Source: Macrostomum lignano (lineage: Eukaryota). From it: DNA of 64,000 nt. The stretch lies in contig NIVC01001445.1 of the NCBI GenBank assembly GCA_002269645.1, positions 1-64,000 of the forward strand, read 5' to 3'. Below, piece after piece: positions 52,701-61,211 of the stretch; position 1 is the stretch's first letter; each line of letters starts with the position of its first letter. Both the position numbers and the translations under genes were made by a program. The notes beneath the pieces are model-generated. The model worked only from the letters and a program-made list of their open reading frames with translations. It ran no database searches and was not told the origin of the DNA.

Positions 52701-55700
52701 CGAGCCACTGCAGGGCTTTGTGATCAGATCTCACAGTGAATTTTTTCCCGAGTAGATAGTACCGGTACTTTTTGATAAAGTGCACAATTGCCAACAGCTC
52801 GAGACGGGTGGTGCAGTAGTTTTTCTCGCTTGCCTGGATCATTCGAGATCCATAGGCTATCACCTTCTCAGAACCGTCCGACTGGCGCTGTGACAGCACC
52901 GCACCAAGTCCGATTCGAGAGCTGGCATCCGTGTCAAGAATGAACTCACCAGCGTTTGGCGAGAAGTCTGGAAAAGCCATAACGCTTGGCGAACACAGAG
53001 CCGCTTTCAGACTGTTGAACGATTGCTCTTGGGCTGGGCCCCATTTGAACTCGGCATCGTTCGCTACAAGTCTGTAGAGCGGAGCGGCAATCTCGGTAAA
53101 ATTTGGAATGAAAGCTTTGTAGTAGACGCACAGTCCGAGAAACGATTGGACTTTGGCCACACTGCAAGGCCTGGGCCAGTCTTGGATTTCAGCACACTTT
53201 TCTGGGTTCGTCGCTATTCCATCCTTGGAGATCACGTGACCTAAGAAGCTAATCTTTTCGGCCAGAAAGACACATTTTGCTGGCTTCAGCTTGATGTTAG
53301 CTCTTCTGAGACATTGAAACACATGCTCAAGGCGCTCGAAGTGCTGCTGCACAGTCGTGGAGAAGACAACTATGTCGTCGAAGTAGACGAGGCATTCCTT
53401 CCAGTTGACTTCTGACAGTGCCATAGACATGAGTCTCGTAAAAGTTGACGGGGCGTTTTTGAGCCCGAAACTCATGCACTTCCACGCAAACTGTCCCCGA
53501 TTCGGCACCACGAAAGCGGTCTTTAACTGGTCTTTCGACTCCAGTGGGCACTGATGGTACCCGGATGCCAGGTCCATCGTGGAAAAGATGCAGTTTCCCC
53601 CGAGCGCATTAAGAGTCTCATCCATTCTGGGCGGAGGCAGAGGATCAGGCACGGTCACGCTATTCAGACGCCTGTAATCCAGACACATTCTGAGACTGCC
53701 ATCCGACTTTCTAACCGGAACCACTGGGCTCGACCAGGGTGACTGACAGGGATAGATGCGGCCTTCAGCCAGCAGTTGATCAACCTGTTTGTCAACCTCA
53801 TTTCTCCAGTGCGGCGGGATTCTGCGCAAGGGTTCAGTCACAGGTTTTGCGTTACCTGTGTCGATTTCGTGTGCCATCAGATTCGTGAGCCCGAGTTCAG
53901 AGCTGTCTTTGGCAAAGACGTCACGATTTTTGGCAACCAGGGAAACAAACTCTCTTGCCTCTGCGTCTGATAGGCCACATGCACCCCACTCTTTGACTTC
54001 GCTGAGGGGATTCCACAGCTCTCCTTCTGACTGAACGGCATTCAGCTGCAGCTCTGCTGGCTGCTGCGCAGAGACCGGCGAAAAACAGCCGACTCGAGTG
54101 CCCCGCCTCATCGACAAACTGCACTCCGACGTGTTCAGCATCCTGACAGACAACTGACCCTCTTGATCAGGCAACTGCACCGATCTGGCCAGCAAATGAT
54201 CACCTGCTGCCCGACGCTCGGACTCCACCATTCCAGGAAACTGAAATCCCCTCACCCCGCGTCTCTGAAGGCGGACTGGGACCAGCTTCTCCTCACCGGC
54301 ATCCATCCGGACAGCCTGGCGCAGCACGATGCGGCACACAAGAGGTCTGTCAGCACACAAACGGAAAAGAAAGACACACGATTCTGTCTGCAGGCAGTGT
54401 CTAGCGAAATCAATTATCATGCAATGTATAATGAAAAAATCGGTTCCCAAAATGCATGGCTGTGAAATTTCATCGACAACTAAAAATTCGTGCTCAAATT
54501 TTGTCTCACCAATCGAAAAATTCGGATTAATTCGGCCTAAAATTTGAATTGGCTCACCACTCGCTGTGTAAATTGAAAAATCAGTACTACAATGCTGAAT
54601 TTGGTTCTTAATTTTGGCGGATTCTAAGAAACGACTACTAAGTAATGACACTGTGGACCCGCTGTCCAGCAAACAAGCAACCAAGGGCCCAGATTCAAAC
54701 TTTGCGTCAATATAACCCAGTCCAGTTCCACCCAGCACACTCTGGATCTGGGTTGTGGGCCCTGGCGCTTCTTCAATCACTGCAGACGGGGCCCGGGACG
54801 CTGGCCTGGCCGGGCCCCCATCCCGTTTCCCTGACTCTGAGCAGCCTGCTGACTCTGGCACCTGGCACGAGTGTGGCCCTGCTGGCCGCAAACAAGGCAA
54901 ACTACTCGATTCCTACAGTCCGCCGTCGAGTGCCCCATCTGAAGACACCTCCCACAGGTTCTGCCCGCCTGAGGCGCGGCTGCCGGCTGCTGCGGATTCG
55001 GCTGCACCGCCGAGGCCGACGCCCCTCCTTGCTTCAGCTGAGCGAGCTCTGCCTTCAAGCTGGCGATCTCTGCAGCCATGCGAGCTGTCTGACTGTCCGC
55101 TGCAGCAGCTGCCGCCTGACTGTTCACCACGTGGACTGATCGCTTTCCCTCCAGCAGCTTCATCGATGCGAGAGTCTGGCGCACTCGCTGGATCGCGGCC
55201 TGCAGCGTGTCAGGGTCTTGCAGCAAGACATTCTCAAGCACCCTGTCCGGCACTCGGATCCCTTCAAGAATCGGTCTTTTGCTAGCTCATCCCTTTGCTC
55301 CACTGGCAGAGCCGGATATGCCTTACGCATGAGCTCCCTGAGAGCGTCAGCGTAATCCTCTAGTGCTTCCCCCTCTCTCTGACTCCTGTTTTGAAATTCT
55401 GTCTTGTAGTCCTGGGGTGTGCGATTCTGGCTGAAGCGAGCCTCCAGCTGCTCCACAAACTCTGCGTAGTCCAAGTCATCATCCAGCTCGAGATTGGCCA
55501 CTGCTTTAAAAGCCGTGCCAAAGTCCAACAGACTCAGCAAATTCTGCTTCCGCTGATCCTCGGGAATTTGAGCAGCCTCGCAGTACGTGGTAAACTGTTG
55601 CAACCACAAAGCAAAATCTTGAGTCGGCACATACTTATTAGGACGTGGAACGCGCTGACCCACATTTAACTGCTCCTGGATTCTCGCTGTCAAAGCACCG

Positions 55701-56766
55701 ATAAGATCGTCTAAATTGGCCATGATCGCTTGCACAAAACTTATTCTAACGCAAAACTAATTCTAACGCAAAACTAAATAATGCACTACCCAGACAACAG
55801 ACAGAAATCTAACGGAAACCCTAACTGGAATCCTGGTCACGGCACCAGTTGTTGTGAGCCCCGTCCTCCAGAGCGACGCCTACAGCTGAACCCTATTGGG
55901 AAGCTGCGACCCCCAGGTCCCCAGTCAGAGCTCCCGTCCCGTGTCCCAGGGAGAAGCAGGAAAACGACAGAGCAGAACTCACGAGCTTCCGCGCAAAAGC
56001 CGATGCAGTTCGCACTTGCTATGTGCTTTGCTGGACAAGTAAGCTTGTTTTGAAGTAGCCAACGATAGGACCAAGAGAACGCAAGGGGGCGGCTGCCCAC
56101 TAGACAGCAAATTCATTATATTTATTATCTGACCTACGAGTACATGAATACTTTTAGAACAAATGTACGGTACGGTAGGGGGTGGTGCGAGGTGGCGTGA
56201 TCGGCGTACGCATTGATTATTGATTGGAGGGGTGGGGCAGACTGGAGGGTTGGGGCGGGGCAGGAAGGCGAGAAAGGGCACGATTGCACAACATTATTTA
56301 TTTTGTTAGTCAGTAAGCTAGTCAGTCAGTCAGTTAGTTAGATATTTAGTTTGTTAGTTAGGGGGGCCGTAGCCCAGCGGTAGCGCGGCTGCTCTGGTGT
56401 GCCAGCGACCCAGGCTCGATTCCAAGTGCAGTCACATTAATTTGGGGCTGAATTGGAATCTCGGCTTGGCTCTGCTCGTGCAATTAACGGCCTTGAGAGC
56501 CAACCCCCCAAGGCGCAGTGAAGTGTACATGCCTAACGATAATATAAAGTTAGAGCCGCTGTACATTCCTGTGTGAGTGTGTGCCTGCGTACGTATCCGC
56601 GCGCTTGTATGCCTGCTCAGGGGAGTCGGCGGAATGGGCATTAATGCCTCTCGCCGGTTGTGTGCCTATGTCGCTTAAAGTGCGCCAGGGTGCACACAAC
56701 CCCCTGCCTCTAATAAAAAAAATAGTTTGTTAGTTAGTTAGTTAGTTAGTCAGTTAGTTAGTTAGC

Positions 56767-56798
<32 letters not shown>

Positions 56799-59700
56799 CA
56801 GTTAGTTAGTTAGTCAGTTAGTTAGCTAGTTAGTTAGTTAGTTAGTTAGTTAGTCAGTCAGTTAGTTAGTTAGTCAGTTAGTTAGTTAGTCAGTTAGTTA
56901 GTTAGTCAGTTAGTTAGTTAGTTAGTTAGTTAGTCAGTTAGTTAGTTAGTTAGTTAGTTAGCTAGTTAGTTAGTTAGTTAGTCAGTTAGTTAGTTAGTTA
57001 GTTAGTTAGCTAGTTACTTCAAGTAGTTAGCTAGTCAGTCAGTTAGTCAGTTGTTATAGTCTGTGAAAAAAACAAATGCCACGGCTGTGCACCTTTGTGA
57101 GCAAAATGCCTGTCTGAGCTCAGTGGTCAGCGCAATCGGCATGACTGCTGGCTGTCGCCATTTTTCTGTCTTTCTTGCATGGCCTGAAGGCGAATCTCCC
57201 CATCCAACCCAATCGCCTCCCAAACGCCCGCCCGCCGCAGGACAAGATGCGCACGGACCTGGACCTGTCCAAGAAGCGCTTGCTGGACGCCGAGAAGTAC
57301 GCGTCCAGGTTGCAGGCTGAGCTGGACGAGAAGATGGAGAAGATGAAGACGCTGGAGATGGAAGTGGTGAGCGATGCGGCATCCTGTCTTCTCGTAAATC
57401 TCGGAAAGTTCGGTCACTTTTGATCCTAATGCAGAAACGGAACAGGTGTAACCAAAATTGGCCACTACACTGACTCGGCCTCCATATACTGGTATCAATA
57501 TTTTTCATGAATTTATTTCCGCAGTACCGAGTGCAGACCCAGGAGATCGAACGGCTGCAGAAACTGGCAGAGGACATTCAGACCCGTCTTACACAGACGC
57601 AGAAACGGCTGGACGAGCGCGAGCACCGGATAAAGAGGCTGGAGCAGGAGAATGTGAGTAGTGAGCTGCCGATTGTGTCAGTAGTGTGCTGTGGATTGTG
57701 TCAGTAGTGTGCTGCGGATTGTGTCAGTAGTGTGCTGCCGATTGTGTCAGTAGTGTGCTGCCGATTGTGTCAGTAGTGTGCTGCGGATTGTGTCAGTAGT
57801 GTGCTGCGGATTGTGTCAGTAGTGTGCTGCGGATTGTGTCAGTAGTGTGCTGCGGATTGTGTCAGTAGTGTGCTGCGGATTGTGTCAGTAGTGTGCTGCG
57901 GATTGTGTCAGTAGTGTGCTGCGGATTTTGTCAGTAGTGTGCTGCCGATTGTGTCAGTAGCGTGCTGCGGATTGTGTCAGTAGTGTGCTTGTGTTTCACC
58001 AATACAGATTTCTGTCTCTCTCGCCACCCTCCCCGCCAGAACGACCTCCTGGACGAGATCCACACCCTGCGCAAGAAGAACTACGAGCTGGAGGCGCAGT
58101 GCGACACGGTCCGCAGCCAGCAGTTCGCGCACGGCGGCGGCTTCAGCTCCGGCAGCGGCGTCGGCGGCAGCGACCACCACAGCTACTCGCAGATCCAACG
58201 CCTGCAGGATGACTTGGCGGAGCTGCGCAGCCGCTTCAAGACCGTCAGCGAGGAGCGGGACCGCCTGCAGAGGGAGCTGCACAACCAGGAGCAGGAGGCC
58301 AGCAGGTGAGCGACTCCTACATTTGGCAGTTTAACCTGACACTTACCTTTGCTTTAGCGCAATTTCTTCATCATTGGCGCTGGCACATCATTAGCACACA
58401 TCTTATTAGAAGCTCCTGACACATTGGACTCTCCTGACACATTTATCAGAAGCTCCTGTCACATTCATTAGAAGCTCCTGACATATTGGACTCTCCTGAC
58501 ACATTTATTAGAAGCTCCTGTCACATTCATTAGAAGCTCCTGACATATTGGACTCTCCTGACACGTTTATTAGAAGCTCCTGTCACATTCATTAGAAGCT
58601 CCTGACATATTGGACTCTCCTGACACGTTTATTAGAAGCTCCTGTCACAGTCATTAGAAGCTCCTGAAGCAGTCACAAGAAGCTTCTAACAAGTTTATTA
58701 TAAGCTTCTGGCACATTTACTAGAAGCTCCGGACACATTCATTAGAAGCTCCTGACACATTAATTAGAAGCTCCTGACACATTCATTAGAAGCACATTAG
58801 AAGCTCCTAACTAATACACATCTTATTAGACGCTCTTGGAGCATTCATTAGAAGCACATTAGAAGCTCTTGACAATCAGCGCACAGTCAAGAACCCCCCA
58901 CCCGATGCCCGCAGACACTCGGCCAGCCTGATGGGCAGCAGTCAGGAGGCGGCCAGGCTGCAGCAGGAGCTGACCCGCAAGGACAGCCAGCTCGACAAGC
59001 TCCAACTGGAGCTGCAGCGGCTGCAGCAGTCGTCCAGCCAGAGCTCCCAGGCGCACGAGTTGCGCAGGAAACTCGGCGAAGCCGAAGTGAAACTGCAGGA
59101 GAAGGAGAAACACCTGGTGGACTGGAACCAGCACTGGGATCAGCACCAGATCGAGTGCAAGGCCAAGGACCAGCAGCTGCAGCAGCTGCAGCAGCAGCTC
59201 GAACGGCTCATGGGTCAGCAGAGTCTGGGCGCCCAGCAGGAAATGCGAAATCTGCAGGATCAACTCAAGGTAGCGTTGGGCGTCCCGCTCTGAGTCTCAC
59301 TCTGCGTCCTGCTTTGAGTCCCACTGTGACTCCCATTCTGAGTCCCGCTTTGAGTCCCACTCTGAGTCCCATTCTGAGTCCCGTCCGAGTTCCACTCTGA
59401 GTCCATTCTGAGGCCACTCTGGGTCCCACTCTGAGTCCCGCTTTGAGTCCTAATCTGAGTCGCGTCCGAGTTCCATTCTGAGTCCCGCTTTGAGTCCCAT
59501 TCTGAGTCCCCGTCCGAGTTCCACTCTAAGTCCATTCTGAGGCCACTCTGGGTCCCACTCTGAGTCCCGCTTTGAGTCCCATTCTGAGTCCCCGTCCGAG
59601 TTCCACTCTGAGTCCATTCTGAGGCCACTCTGGGTCCTACTCTGAATCCCGCTTTGAGTCCCATTCTGAGTCCCGCTTTAAGTCCCACTCTGAGTCCTAC

Positions 59701-60807
59701 TCTGAGTCCCATTTCAGTTCTATTATGAATCTGAAATTGGGTCTCATTTAAAGTCCCATTTTAAGTCCCATTCTACTCTGAGTCCCACTACTGAGTCCCA
59801 CTGTAAGTCCCACCGCAAGTCACGCATAAGCCTCCTACCCGCTGACCCGCCCCGCAGGTGCAGAGCGACCAGAGGGTCCGCCTCGAGACGGACATGCTGA
59901 GCCTGCGCAACCAGCTGCAGGCGGAGATCAGCAAGCGGGACAAGGCGCTGCACGACCTGTCGGCCGAGATCAACAAGCGGGACCGCACCATCGAGGAGCT
60001 GACCAGGGGAGACATGGGCGGCAGGAAGCCCGACCACCTCATGACGCACGGCAACGATTTCATGTCTAAGGACCGGTCTCTGGGTGAGCGAATTATGAGC
60101 TCAGCTCCACCCCCGTGTATGCTTACTAGCAGCACTGAGCCCAACTGCCCTGACAATCGCCCCTCAGCGGCCCCTGCATGAGAATCGTCCCCCCCAGCTG
60201 CCCCTGCATGAGAATCGTCCCCCCCAGCTGCCCCTGCATGAGAATCGCCCCTCAGCTGCCCCTGCATGAGAATCGCCCCTCAGCTGCCCCTGCATGAGAA
60301 TCGTCCCCCCCAGCTGCCCCTGCATGAGAATCGCCCCTCAGCTGCCCCTGCATGAGAATCCCCCCCCAGCTGCCCCTGCATGAGAATCGTCCCCCCAGCT
60401 GCCCCTGCATGAGAATCGCCCCTCAGCGGCCCCTGCATGAGAATCGTCCCCCCCAGCTGCCCCTGCATGAGAATCGTCCCCCCCCCCAGCTGCCCCTGCA
60501 TGAGAATCGCCCCTCAGCGGCCCCTGCATGAGAATCGCCCCTCAGCGGCCTCACCGCCCTCTCCTCCAGCCGACCTGCAGGCGGAGCTGCGCGACAAAGA
60601 TGCCCGCCTGAAGGACGTCACCCGGGAGCTGAACCAGTGCCAGCGGGAGATCCAGCGGCTCAGCGACGACCTGCGCGACCGCGAGCGCCAGCTGTACGAA
60701 CTGCAGACCGAGATGGAGCGGCGCTCTCGCGGCGACAACCGGGGCGCCGACCGCCGGCTGCAGGAGAGAAACAGAGAGCTGGAGGAGGAGATGAGTGAGC
60801 GGCACTG

Positions 60808-60847
<40 letters not shown>

Positions 60848-60867
60848 TGTATGTCTGTCTGTCTGCC

Positions 60868-60914
<47 letters not shown>

Positions 60915-60915
60915 A

Positions 60916-60956
<41 letters not shown>

Positions 60957-60975
60957 TAGTGTCTGTCTGTCTTAG

Positions 60976-61052
<77 letters not shown>

Positions 61053-61075
61053 TAGTGTCTGTCTGTCTGTCTTAG

Positions 61076-61132
<57 letters not shown>

Positions 61133-61151
61133 TAGTGTCTGTCTGTCTTAG

Positions 61152-61211
<60 letters not shown>

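Larger units (their letters stand above)
49570..56293 (-). mobile_element. Ty3/Gypsy LTR retrotransposon (6.7 kb), antisense in ERC intron 9, recent insertion, integrase core deleted
   Basis: LTRs 49570-50014 and 55850-56293 (TGTTGTG..CACAACA); TSD TTAT on both sides; PBS; PPT; gag with two CCHC knuckles; pol order PR-RT-RH-IN. Confidence 0.97.

Noticed and set aside
56361-56435. tRNA gene
   Set aside because: The B-box is imperfect and I could not fold a convincing cloverleaf. It continues into a body and A tail bounded by a TSD, which fits a SINE better.
56725-57050. Telomeric repeat
   Set aside because: The unit is TTAG, not TTAGGG or TTAGG, and it is short and intronic.
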